In this document: positions 12,501-25,700 of the stretch, piece by piece
How the letters are laid out: each line of letters opens with the position of its first letter
Numbering within the stretch: position 1 is the stretch's first letter
From: Macrostomum lignano
Lineage: Eukaryota
Assembly: GCA_002269645.1 (NCBI GenBank)
Contig: NIVC01000438.1
Span: 597,379-661,378, forward strand
Length of the DNA stretch: 64,000 nucleotides
Direction of reading: 5' to 3'
Made by a program: the position numbers and the translations under genes
The notes under the pieces: model-generated
Seen by the model: the letters and a program-made list of their open reading frames with translations, nothing else
Told to the model about the DNA's origin: nothing
The model's database searches: none

Positions 12501-15500
12501 ACACATTTGTGTAGAAACGCGAGACAGCATTTTGCATGCATGACAAGTCTCAAAATATTAACACCCCCCTACAAATTCGGACCCTTTAAAAGTATATATG
12601 GACCACTTTCGGACCAATGATTCGGACCTTATAATTCGGACCTTCAAAAATACGGACCTATTATGGTCCGCTATTTTGACGCTCCGGACCTTCAAGTTTG
12701 GACCTCCTCCGGACCTTTATTCGGACCTTAAAAATACGGACCTATTATGGTCCGCTATATCGACGCTCCGGACCTTTAAGTTTGGACCTCTTACGGACCT
12801 TTATTCGGACCTTTATGATTTACAGTGTGTGGTCTGCGACACTCCGTCAGCTGTCTTTGACTTCGAGGAACCTCAGCAAGTAAAGGATGCACCCGATTTC
12901 CTGGCCGAAGTTGACAGAGGGGGGCCTCCTCTGGCCACAGGAGCACCTATTTCAGCTGGGCATCCTGTGCTGGCGCACATTAATGGAAGCTAAGAGCACT
13001 CCTTAACTAAGGGACAAATTCCTATCAGCTGCTAACCAGAGAGCCCTGTTCTACCACGTGATGGACCTGGTGCTTGTCGACAACTACCAGATCCTATTCG
13101 GCCGCACCCACTGTACCAATGGCCACGAATTGATGCGAAGTGACAAACCGCTTCTTCAACTGCATGGCTAAGAGCATGACCAAGCAGATTAATCAGGTTG
13201 ATGCCACAGCTGCTCTTCAACGGAAGCTCAAGAAACTGACGGGCTCTGGTAGCAAGAAGTGAAGACCTGTATGTGAGTATGAATAGAAGGCTTTAAATTT
13301 AGACTTTGTGGCTAGATTGCTACGCTGTATGTGTGATAGATATTCGATACATGCATTAACACTAATGCGTGGCTGAGTTTTGGGTTGATATGCTAGACTC
13401 ATTGACTGGCTCACTCAGAATTGCTACAAAAGTACAACTTATGGGAAAGGAATATTTCTCTTGCTCAATTTGCTGATTCATGCGACAAAAATACTTCTCT
13501 TTCTTCAGTAAATAAAGTTTAGATCCATTGTATGCAATAAACCACTTTGAATTTTATATTTAACGACTAATGTTCCTGTACTAATTTGCGTAATTTTTGC
13601 TGTAATTGCTTTGTACTCTGCGCATTTTATGCTTACAATTTACTACACAGACCTGCGATACACAGAAGACTCACTTCTCATCAGCAAGATGTAATACTGT
13701 ATGTAAACGCAAATATTTCTATTGAAGTCAAGTATCTGGCAGCCTGACTCAGGACGCGAACGAAAATTCGGCAACTTATTCCGGATTTTAGGGAGTCAAC
13801 ACGAATCACAGCGACTAAGCTAAGAAAGTACGCAGCTACAGCCCGCCTGCACCAGATGGATCTAAAGGATGCGGACTTGATGAGCAACTGGCAGATGAGG
13901 ATGGCGCTTTGGACAATATCGTATTCAGATATACGGGAGTGTTGTACACTGGTGCATTTGCAACGAAGAGCAATCTCTAGCTCTCGGTCTTGTATGTCGC
14001 ATGCCTCCAACCCCCTGTTTGAGCTCAAGAGTTGCAAGCTTAGGTCCATCGCCAGGTTATGTAGTCGGAGGAGAGAGCAAGGGAGAGGCCACTCGCACTC
14101 GTGGCGTGACAGTTTCACCGATAACCATTAGAACGAATGGAATTTCGCTATTTTGTTTAACAGTACTCACCATTTTTGTGACCGTTAAGTTAAATACCAT
14201 CATTTAATAATGTGACAGTCGCAAAACGGTCACTCGTGCGACTGTTAATTGCAAGCCGATTAAGCCTATTGTAAATAGTCTCATAAATCAAACAAATATG
14301 ATCTAGATCTTTTATAGTATAATAGGACCTACCTAGTTAAAGTCTTTATTTACATCATTATTGAATGATCTTAGTGTTATTGCCTTGGCTTATGCTATTG
14401 TTACCCATCCTTTTTGGGCCGAAATGGTAGGCCTGGGGAGGGGTAAAGGGCAATTGCTTTTATTTTAACTATTTATCTCCTAAATTGTTATTTTTCATTC
14501 CTTTATATTTATAGCTTATGGAAACACATCTTATGAAGAAAATAAGATAGTGATATTTTTCAACCAACTCAACTAAATCATTTTGAAATTTCGCACAAAG
14601 GCTCTACGGTCTAAATAATCAATTCTACTTATTTTATTTAACTTCTTCTATGCCTTTATTTTGTGTGCACTGAGCTAAACTCCGAATGGACAGCAGCGCT
14701 GACCATAGACAACTGGGCCTAAATGAGCGGGTCTGCTACACTCCCCCAAAATCCGATAAAGAACTTACCTAACTATGCAGAGTATCTGTAGATAAAAGCT
14801 TCACTGTACGTCTATACTGGGGCTTTTTCATTAATTGTCTATGGCCAGTCCCTTCCTTTTAAGATAAACAAGTCTGTGCAGTACACTAAGCATTTCTCCT
14901 GGATTGTTTTGCAACCAAACAAAGTGACTGATGGATCAGCTGCTTACCAGCGACGAGTCTTTGACTCGGACGATTTCTTATCAAGTGAAGAATTTCCTGA
15001 CGAAGTACTCGAAGAGGCGGGCGAAACTGTTCAGAATGAGGCTTGGATGGTAGTTGACGAAACCACCGACGAGAGAGCTGGACTGTTGCCGGAGTTACTT
15101 GGTGTTCCTAGAGTGCATCTGGAGCCAGGAGTTCCAGGCGATAGCCCGCTTGATTACTTTGGCCAGTTTCTACCCGATGAGGCGATCAACCTATTGGTTG
15201 AGTTTACCAATGCTCGAGCATGGGAGGAGCAGAGAATACTTGAAGAAGATCAGGAAGAAGGAAATCAGCGATTGCCTCCGGTTCTTTCCGACTGGAAGGA
15301 CTGCTCTGCCAACGAGATCAAGTTATAGCCATCATTTTTTACATGGGAATAGTGAAAAAGCCCGAAATCCAGAGCTATTGGGCTACCAGCAAGTTTCACG
15401 ACAATCAATATTTTCAAAGTGAGAGCTGCTTATCTCGCAATCTTTCCAGCAGATTCTGTCGTTTTTTCGGTTTTACGATTGCCGCACAGCTGATGCAGCT

Positions 15501-18500
15501 GACCCATTGCGCAAAATCCGGCCATTTTTGAGTTACGTTCAGCAGATCTGCCAAAGAAAGTTTATGCCCGATAAAGACCTGGCCGTGGATGAAGAGCTGG
15601 TCCAGCACAAAGGCAGACTGGCTTTCAAGCAACATATCCCGACCAAACGGGCCAGGTACGGCATAAAAACCTACTGCCTATGCGATTCAAAGACCGGCTA
15701 CCTTTGGAATAATCTGGTGCATTCCACAACAGACGAAAACATCAAATTCGGGACCGAGATGGCTGCAAACCATCTCTCCATCAGCGAGCGAATTGTGGTC
15801 GAGTTGTCAAAGAACTTGTTCAATCTCGGCTACCAAATTTCTATTGACAGCTATTTTTGCTCACACCGCCTTGCAAAGTTTCTGCTGGAGCACAACACCT
15901 TGGTGACTTGGAGCACAATTCGCTGCAATCGTGGAACTCCACCTGAGCTCCAGCAGATGCGGATGCCAGCTCCATGGCATCGCTGCATGCGATTTGGCGA
16001 TGTACTGGCGGCTATCAAGGTTACGGAACGCAAAGCCAGTGGTGTGAAGACGCTGTACCTCATCGACTCGTTCGGTACAGCAGGCAGTGTCCAGCGACAG
16101 AGAATTCGTCGAGGTGGTCAGGTGGACGTCGTCAGCAAGCCGGTTTCCGTCATGGACTATTCAAAGTGTATGGGAGGGGTCGATAGACTGGACTCTGCAC
16201 TTCAGCCCTACCATCCGAACAGGAAAATGTACCGCTGGCATCAGAAGCTGGGCATCCACTTTCTGCTGCAGCTGGCGCACAACTGGATTGTGTACCACCA
16301 TTGTGTGAATTTGTTCGTCGCGCTGATTGACAGCTCAGGACCTGGGAAAAAGCGCTGCGTTCGCCAGGTGCCCGACGTTGGCGGAGCTGCGCACCTGCCC
16401 GGCAAGCTGCCCGCAACGCCTGGAGACCAGCGGCCCACGCGGCGCTGCCGAGTCTGCTACCAGAATGGCAGGACTAGGTGGACAATCTTCGTGTGTGAGC
16501 AATGCCCAGGTGAGCCCGGACTGTGCGTTCCCGGTTGCTTCCGAGAATGGCACAGCTAAGCAATTCAATGATCTGCAGCACGGATGACTTTTTAGAACTG
16601 GGGTTTTATGTTTTTTTTATAATTATTGGTAGAATTGATTGGTAGGCTTCTATTTTAGTATGCTGAAAAATAGTCTGCATGTAACATTATGTTTACGAGC
16701 TTATCAGAATTCTCTTGGAAAGCCATATTAAATGAGCTGAGTGCCCAATAGATCCTAGAAACATAAAACTTTGCACGTCCATGTGACTCAGCTATGTGGC
16801 TTACATTTTTAGTCGGAATAGAAGAAAACTGTGTAATGGTTTATTAACCAAAGTTTAATATATATATTCCTTCTTTGAATGGCCTTTTCAAATGCGCTCA
16901 TACTAAAACAACCATAAAAGATTATCCCCATTCGAAATTCAGACTGTAAAATATACGCAAAAAATGGCTCCATGCGTAATTATTGTTCGTAAGGAAATTT
17001 ATAAAGTGAATTTTAGCCGCATTTTTTTATTTACATGTAAGGATAACTCTGATTATTATAAAAATATTCATGCCTGTTTGAGATTGAGACTCAAAAAAAA
17101 CGTTCTACAATTTTTCTGTTGATCTCATTCACTCTAAACTCAATGGTCAGCCACGCTGTTCATTCGGATTTTCACGCAGCGTTGCCAGTGCAGGCCACGC
17201 TTAACTGTCATGACCATAGACTATCGGACTGGTAAAAAGTGCTGATGGTCAGCCACGCTGTTCATTCGGATTTTCACGCAGTGTTGCCAGTGCAGGCCAC
17301 GCTTAACTGTCATGACCATAGACTATCGGACTGGTAAAAAGTGCTGATGGTCAGCCACGCTGTCCATTGGTTTTCTAGGGGTTAAAACTAAAAAATGTAG
17401 CAAAATATTCATTCTAGTGTTTGTATAATTTATAGCTAGTTTCATTTTTAGGTTTCAAAATATGCGGTCAAACTATTTTACTGCCATTTCTCAAACATTA
17501 TTTCAGATGAGCTACAAGCGCTCATTCAAGCAGTAATATAAGCTCCAGCTCTAGCTCAGAGTCTGATCATGCTGACCCATCTTCAAATGTGTCCCTTGGA
17601 GCTAGCAACTGCCCTAGCTCATCTGAGTGGAATCCACAGTATCCTGATCAACCAGATGTCATTATTATAGGCGCTGCCACTTCCAGTACACTTGAGCCAC
17701 CACTTCCAGTACACTTTTGGATTATTACTAAGAGCACCCTGCTTCGAAATTCTTTGCACTTTAATTGCAAGATTAAGACAAGAGGAATTAAAAAGAAACT
17801 TTAATTTTCCTAATTTGCCAACCGGTGAGACGGCCTTGGCAGCAGCTTTAACCAGAAGAACTGCGCGGATGACAATGGCATAATCTGCTGCTGAGTTGCT
17901 TGCTGCTTGATTTTTCTGCTGAGAAGGCTGAGCTTGTGCTGAGTGAAGTTGCTGCTGCAGCGGGACACGATGATGAGGAGCAAGAGATGCAAAGAAGCGA
18001 TAAGGTGGAGGATGAGAAGCTGGCTGCTGCTGAGACTATTGAAGTTAAATCGTTACTGTCACCAGCAGCTGATTTGCAGCGACAGCAACGACAGAACCCA
18101 TAGGCTGTTAATTAGGTTAAAAGACAAGCAGACCGATTGTTTAGCTTGGCTTTTTATGCGACTGCGATTGCATCATTGGTGCAAGAACCAAATGAGAATT
18201 GCTCAAAGCAAATAGGAAGCGGCAAATGCAGTCGTCAATTCGTTGGCAATAGGCAAAGTAGTACGAGCTCTCGCACTACTCAGAAAATTTAAAACATAAG
18301 TAGGCTGTGCGAATTTTAATTCCTTTTGTAGAAAGAACCATTATTAAACTTTCTGTGTGTATTCTGTGGAAAAGGACTTGATGTACTTGAGTGATTGGGT
18401 GGATCCCTCACGCTCATCTGCAGAGAGAATTCAACCAGTTGATAGGTAATAAACTGTTAAATTGCATGATAACAGAAGAATCTGATACCAGGCTAAAAAA

Positions 18501-19165
18501 GTGAACCAATCACGTTTATAAAGGCCGATTTGTCAACTAGTTGCAAACAAGAAGCTTTAGCTGCACAGAATTGGCTAAGGTAACTTGAGTTTATCTACTA
18601 AGTTTTTTCATGAGTGGCTAAGTCAGTAAGTCAGTCAGTCAGTCACCCACCTGTTTCAAGTCGGCCACAGCGAGCCACTGTTCGTGGCTGAGGCAGCGCC
18701 GGCCCCCAGGCACCGTCAGGGAGGCGTCGGATCCGGCGCTAAGGACGAGCAACTGGTCGGGATTGTGCAGGGGCGGAGCGCTGGCAATAACTGGCTGCCT
18801 GCCAACCCGCATGTGCATTGACTCAACCTGGCCGTGCAGGGAATTCGAACTAACAGAGTTGGCAAAATTTGGCAACGACAGAGGCGGCTGCGGCAGCTGC
18901 TGCGGATGGTCAGCAGGTGAAGAAGACGAATCTGCCAGTAGGTCATCCGCTTCTGACGCTTCAAGTTTTAACGGCGGGCCAGTTGCTAGGGACACTAGCG
19001 GCTTGGTAACCGACGATAAAGGCGACGATTTCAGCGTAGAAGTATCGTCCGGCAGGTCGATTCGACGTCGTAGAAGAGATTTTCGACCTCTCAATTCGTC
19101 GGCTGAAAAAAAGAAATTTAGCGATGCATCTATCTATCTATCTATCTATCTATCTACCTATCTAA

Positions 19166-19196
<31 letters not shown>

Positions 19197-19311
19197 CCTA
19201 TCTATCTATCTATCTATCTACCTACCTATCTATCTATCTATCTATCTACCTACCTATCTATCTATCTATCTACCTACCTATCTATCTATCTATCTATCTA
19301 CCTATCTATCC

Positions 19312-19348
<37 letters not shown>

Positions 19349-19406
19349 CCTACCTATCTATCTATCCATCTGACCTATCTATCTATCTATCTATCTACCT
19401 ATCTAC

Positions 19407-19469
<63 letters not shown>

Positions 19470-19474
19470 CCTAC

Positions 19475-19548
<74 letters not shown>

Positions 19549-19640
19549 GACCTATCTATCTACCTACCTGTCTACCTACCTACCTATCTATTTATCTATT
19601 TATCTATCTATCTATCTACCTATCTATTTATCTATATATT

Positions 19641-19671
<31 letters not shown>

Positions 19672-20651
19672 CTATCTATCTATCTACCTATCTATCTACC
19701 TATCTATCAATCTATCAATTTATCTATCAAACTATCATCTATCTATCTATCTATCTACCTATCTATCAATCTATCAATTTATCCATCTATCTATCAGTCT
19801 ATCTATCTACGTAAACTACTTACTAGTCTGTTTATCCACTCAATATAGTAACCAATTAAGCTATTCCACAATGAAATATAAGCTTCACATACCATTAACA
19901 AGCTCAGGTCTCATGCCACATTCGAGGCATTTTTTCAATCGGCAGCTGGTGCAAAATCGTCTTGTAGCAACTGTGACGTTGCAGCGCTGTGAAAACATGC
20001 AGTCCGGAATCTGAAGCGAGGTGGGGCCGAGGTTGGAATGACTGAGCTGGTGGCAAGAGGAAGCGTGCATTAGGGTGGTGGGTGAGGGGGGTGGTCAGAG
20101 GAAGGGTACATTGGGGTGGAGGGTGAGGGGGCTCGTCAGGCGAAGCGTACATTGGGGTGGTGGGTGAGGGGCCAGTCAGAGGAAGCGTACATTGGGGTGG
20201 TGGGTGAGGGGGCTAGTCAGAGGAAGCGAACATTGGGGTGGTGAGTGAAGGGGGTGGTCTGAGGAAGCGTACATTGGGGTGGTGGGTGAGAGAGGGCTGG
20301 TAAGAGGAAGCGTACATTGGGGTGGTGGGTGAGGGGGGGGGCTGGTCAGATAAAGCGTACATTAGAGTTGATCAGAGGTGTAAATAACAGCTAGCTCACC
20401 TCAGCTTTAAGAGCATTTCGCCGAAAGAAAGCTTTGCAAGATTCGCAACTAATAGCATCAAAGTTATAGCCAAGAGCTTTATCTCCGCAGATAGTGCACA
20501 CTTTGCCGTTGGTGCCGTTATTGACGCTGTCAACATTGGTAGTTCGACGAATCTTCAAAGCCGGAGCGATTTGCGACGAGTCCTCGGACGTCTGGGCCGT
20601 CATGACGGTGGGAATGGACAGTGAGATTGACGATGAGGTTGAATCTGTCAT
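3562..20651 (-). CDS. Hr96: HR96/NR1J-type (VDR/PXR/DAF-12-related) nuclear receptor; exons 20651-20400, 20010-19893, 19102-18651, 4866-4418, 3877-3562
   Basis: DBD: CTICGDKALGYNFDAISCESCKAFFRRNA / C..SQRCNVTVATRRFCTSCRLKKCLECGM (CESCKA P-box). LBD: FAKKLPDF..CQIALLKG, LLFTPDRP, HVNPAEVDPLLLEVFD. All four introns are GT-AG with compatible phases (0,1,0,2). The 5' end is uncertain; an acceptor-like site near 20705-20712 suggests an upstream exon. Confidence 0.9.
4195..4280 (+). repeat. ~30-bp tandem repeat, about 3 copies, in the last receptor intron
   Basis: ataa(a)ttggtcatttagagatcaaaagatc units. Confidence 0.7.
5054..5560 (+). pseudogene. Penelope-like retroelement reverse-transcriptase relic
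   Basis: FSNNGSLYQQLDGCAMGSAL at 5054 resembles the Penelope RT motif F.FNG..Y.Q.DG.AMGSPL. It is followed by a frameshifted, degenerate YYSYAD (RYVDD-equivalent) and stops. Confidence 0.6.
6268..6530 (+). pseudogene. hAT transposase relic
   Basis: RKVVVPNATRWNST* (hAT TRWNS motif, about 6305-6330), then KEYTTVVAPVAKALDILQGEQ in a shifted frame. Confidence 0.75.
7080..8787 (+). pseudogene. P-element/THAP9-like transposase relic, 5' part
   Basis: ARRYSPELL, LPSIKTLRR, LLMDEIYL, VDNAAANRRF, FDPTHNL..LYNNF, LHPTSLEKV.VQLAVALF, GKIQSDNIEARFG, YVCGFCVR..KCESC. Multiple stops and frameshifts; interrupted at 8787. Confidence 0.8.
8788..12827 (+). mobile_element. CACTA/EnSpm-type DNA transposon (CACTG termini), degenerate, nested in the P-like element
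   Basis: Left end CACTGTAAAT..GGTCC..AAGGTCCGTA. Right end is the rc (tacggacc..ggacc..atttacagtg). TG flanks both ends, and there are many CGGACC subterminal repeats at 12570-12812. Internal motifs LYSDEIEVCNPIGSAKTKHQL (10520-10590), GDNLSMHRMLG and PPDIMHDVFEG are typical of animal EnSpm-like transposases. Confidence 0.8.
11231..11571 (+). pseudogene. Second, GC-richer ORF relic inside the CACTA element
   Basis: Frameshifted coding-like segments (LPVAVSLLLGRL..; AVIALIISFIAFNLQHL..FLEVV) resemble the accessory ORF of animal EnSpm-like elements. Recognised from memory only. Confidence 0.4.
12828..13262 (+). pseudogene. P-element/THAP9-like transposase relic, 3' part
   Basis: Resumes at the CACTA right end with VVCDTP..DFLAEVDRGG, (L)WPQEHLFQLG, FFNCMAKSMTKQIN and LKKLTGSGSKK*. 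Confidence 0.7.
14681..17381 (+). mobile_element. piggyBac (PGBD4-like) transposon, frameshifted
   Basis: ORF pieces 14876-15328, ~15322-15450 and 15507-16559 contain SPLDYF..F, MGIVKKPEIQSYW, VDEE, IDSYF, MGGVDRLD and a C-terminal CRVC..CEQC..LCVPGCFREWH Cys-rich domain. The right end is ctagggg|TTAA at 17375-17385. An inverted subterminal motif lies at 14681-14706; no left TTAACCC end was found. Confidence 0.85.
17143..17370 (+). repeat. 102-bp direct repeat (2 full copies plus a partial) at the piggyBac right end
   Basis: atggtcagccacgctg begins at 17143, 17245 and 17347. Confidence 0.9.
19127..19810 (+). repeat. (TATC)n microsatellite, imperfect
   Basis: Visible directly. Confidence 0.95.
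20057..20365 (+). repeat. ~41-bp G-rich minisatellite, about 7 copies, in the DBD intron
   Basis: gaggaagcgtacattggggtggtgggtgagggggctggtca units; starts at 20057 and 20098. Confidence 0.9.
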
Positions 20652-20875
20652 GCTGGATATGGATTGCAATATGAGAGATATGAGACTGAGGTCAGTCAGT
20701 TGAGGCTGCGGCTAGGAGCGAGTCCTGACCATGTGCTGGGCATTGCAGACAAAGTCATAAATTTTAACAATTGAAACCAAAAATGAAAAAAATAAACTGA
20801 ACATGAAACCAACCAGCTGATCAAGATTAATTACACAAAACGACGCATCAAATTAAGATTTAGGAAGAGGCACCT

Positions 20876-21655
<780 letters not shown>

Positions 21656-22741
21656 ACGAAACAACTAAAATTACTATAGACTGGTAGCTATGAGATACTT
21701 GTAAGTAAACTTTAAAGAAATAAAGTACGGATCTGTAGCGCAACGCTTACTAATAGTAGTAGATATGCTGCTTTATATTTTAAAATAGCATTTAAGAATC
21801 TGACAATTAAACTCATTCAAACATACCGCCTGTTGTATACAAATAAATAAAACGATAAAACAAATCGCACATATTTAAACAAACGCTACTATTGGTAATA
21901 AGTAGGAGATTATGAGTAGCGACAAAACCGGGCGTAGTGCGAAGCTAACAGACACAGCTAAAAGAACTAATTAGGAAAGACAAACTAGCGAGTATGTGCG
22001 TGAAAACCTGATCTCAGCTTGTTCGCATAGAGAACTAAAGCGAAGTTGAAGAGATTTATAACAACATTTATAAAAAGAAGCGCATATGTTGGAACATAAA
22101 TTTTAACAGGCAATAAAAGTCACTCAGCAACATAAAATTAGAAAATGTAGTTAATATGTAATTTAACTAACAAACTACGCCTTACCTATTAAAGTCATTT
22201 TGTGGGTAATATGCTTTTATTGTATATTGTTTTATACGCAACATATCGGCAGATCGGGCGTATCACGATTTCAAGTAATAAGCAAGTGATTGGCAGTAAT
22301 TTTCCATTACTCTTTCCGTTGATAGTACTATAAAAAGTAATATAAATATCGTTATAGGCTATTTTAAATCACGGTTTCTACGAATGATAGAAATACAAAG
22401 TTATTTACGCTACATATCGGTGAAGCTCTACTAAATAAAAGTTTCCCAGCTATTTAGACACTATAAACATTCGCTATTACTTCAAACTGATTAGGATTAT
22501 GAGTACATGTATTTTTTATCGCTATTGAAAATTTACCCTTTATAAAGTTATTTACTCCACATATCGGTAGTAGAAATTTAAACCTTTTTATTCATTTAGT
22601 AAGAAGATACATCTAAAATTTCGCTATAGACTGCCGTTTATCGCTGCCAAATGCATTGACGACATCCTACCTATTCATATGTACATCTACATTAACAATC
22701 ATTACAGAGTTATTATAAAACAATACATATCGGTAGTCAGC

Positions 22742-25700
22742 CTACAACAGATCTGTCGCCCTACTATACGGCACAGCGAAATCATCGCTAGCAAACACTC
22801 GCCCAGTAGTAAAGAAGTGATAAAGATTTTTAATCCGGCCTAGCAGGCCAACCTGGCGTTGAATTCGGAAGAAGTAGGTCTGGCCCATAGACAGGTTGGT
22901 CAGATTATAATAGTTCATGTACGCGCCGAACACCCACGAGCCGGCATTCAATAGTACAGAGTGGAACAGCCAGGGCTCTTGAAAATACCAGCTAGCCAGA
23001 TTGCTGGCGTGAGCGCCAAAGAAGCCGTCATCTGTGACAGCGGGCAGAGGGCCGTACAGATGGCTGTACAGTCTGAAGCTGGACACCAGAAACGCTGTTA
23101 CGCCGTACCAGGCCAACAGCATGAAACAGGCAAACAGCCTGAGATTATTTTTAGCCACACATTTCATTAGAAACAGGCAGTGATGATCCAAGTCCAGTAC
23201 GCATCTGTTGCACAGTCGGCAGTGCTTGGTCCGCTCGGTAGATAAGCAGCGCTCGCATGTCGAACAGTAGCTGTCGGCCAGAGCTCGCCGCTCGCGGACC
23301 AGATCAACCAGGGTGGTTGGCCGGCCGTCCGGCCGCAGCAGGGTGGTCTCGTTGCTTGCCGTGGCCCAGCCAGGATCGCCTCGGAGTAGGGCGGCGTAAA
23401 TTATACAGAATAGCTGTTGGATTTAGGAAAAACTGGTTGAATAATAAAATGTGCGTTTCATGCTACTCAGTAGCATTCAAGTAATATGAAAAGAAAAATA
23501 TACATTAAGAAAGTCGCCTAAAAGCTTACAACCATCAGGCTGGTTTGAAAGAGCATAGACCCAAAACATCTTAGAAATCTTACAAAACATTTAACGGGAT
23601 ATGATTATAAAAAAATGTCTCAACATTAGCCCCTTAAAAACTTTGGAATCTAAAACTGTCAAGTTTAAAACATGCTTTTTCAGAATTTCAGCATCTCACA
23701 AAATCTTAAAAGAATTTCACAGAATCTCAAAAAAATCTCGAAGAATCCCACAGTACTTTATTAAATCTTACATAATTACATCAATCAAAAAAATCTAATA
23801 GAATCTCAAAAATTTCAAAGAATCTCAAAAAATCTTCTTAAATCTCAAAAACTCTCACAGAATCTCATTAAATCTCACAGAATCTCATTAAATCTCACAG
23901 AATCTCATCAAATCTAAAAAATCTCACAGAATCTTATTAAATCTCACATAATCTCATTAAATTTCACAGAATCTCATCAAATCTCACAGAATCTCATTGA
24001 ATCTCATCAAATCTCACAGAATCTCATTGAATCTCACAGAATCTCATCAAATCTAAAAAATCTCACAGAATCTTATTAAATCTCACATAATCTCATTAAA
24101 TTTCACAGAATCTCATCAAATCTCAAAAATCTTACAGAATCTTATTAAATCTCATTAAATCGCACATAATCTCATTAAATCTCACAGAATCTCATTAAAT
24201 CTCAGAAAAACCTCACAGAATCTCATAAAACTTTATAAATACTTTATAAACTTTCAGAAAAGCTTAAACAGTCTTTACAATTCGAACAAAGTCTTACCGG
24301 TAAGCAAAGCAGAGCGGAATAGTGCAACCAGGTGGCACTGGCATCGTATTGTATATCGTGTCTCCAGACGCACTTAGCAAAATAGCAGATCATGGTGTGC
24401 GCGAATCCGCCAAAAAATGAGCCGAAATAAGCGGGATTTGGCTGTTTAGCCGCAGTGTCCATCCTGTGTCCCTGGCTGCGCGTGAACAGCACGCTGCACA
24501 CAGTGCCGCAGGTGAGCAGGTAAGGGGCATAGACTGACGGTAGGCAGCACTGAGACAGCAGCACGGCAATTCCGAATATTGAGAATGGGGCGATCAGGAT
24601 TAGCAGCCACAGAGAGCGGAGTAGCACTGCAATTTCGGGCAAAGATTGTCGTAATAAGGATTAGCTGCTTTGTCTGGAGCCATTGTTGTGGCAGGTTTAA
24701 TCTGAGCGCAATGCTAACCTTCTATGAGTTGGGTCATGCTAACCTTTATGAGCGGGGTCATGCTAATTCCTACATGTATGACATGGTTAACCCCTTAAAT
24801 CATGATAGGGGTCATACGAACCTGTATGAGCTGGGTCATGCTAACCACTATGACCTAGGTCATGCTAACCACTATGAGCTGGGTCATGCTAACCTTCTAT
24901 GAGCTGGGTCATGCTAACTATACATGACCTAGGTCATGCTAACTACAAATGAGGTGGGTCATGCTAACTACACATGAGATGGGCCATGCTAACTACAAAT
25001 GATATGGGTCATGCTAGTCACTATGAGCTGGGTCATGCTAACCACTATGAGCTGGGTCATGCTAGTCACTATGAGCTGGGTCATGCTAGTCACTTTGAGC
25101 TGGGTCATGCTAGTCACTATGAGCTGGGTCTTGCTAGTCACTATTAGCTGGGTCATGCTATTCACTATGAGCTGGGTCATGCTAGTCATTATGAGCTGGG
25201 TCATGCTAGTCACTATGAGCTGGGTCATGCTAGTCACTATGAGCTGGGTCATGCTAACTTATATGACCTAAGTAATATACTAGCCTGAATGAACTAGGCC
25301 ATGTTAATCCCTACGAGCAAAGTCGAGCTGCCTACAATAGGCTACCCAATAGCAACCCTAATGATTTATGAGCAAGATCATAAACATCAACAGAGTCATA
25401 CATCTCATCCTAGCCGGAGTGCCAGCCAATCGCATCGCATTCAGAAAGCTTCTAGTCGCTTCTAACCGATGCGGATCAACGGTCTCTGTTAAAGCAATAG
25501 CAGTAGTCGAAGTTCTAGCAGAAGAAGCCGAAGCAGCAGCAACAGCCGTCTCGTCCAAAGCAGTCCTGCCAGCTTTATTAGTTGCAAATAATAATTTCTG
25601 AGCCCAGTTAGAGCCGGGCTCGCCTAGCAACAGCAGGTAGCAGTGATGAGCTCTGCCCAGTCTGGCGGCCAGGTGCAACGGCGTGTCGCCAGACTGGTCG

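Noticed and set aside
13681-14207. ORFs of 145, 91 and 68 aa between the P-like element and piggyBac
   Set aside because: No motif recognised. Possibly another TE relic, but unsupported.
17589-18215. Low-complexity Ala/Glu/Gln ORFs right of piggyBac
   Set aside because: Short, interrupted by stops, no domain recognised, and antisense within an intron.
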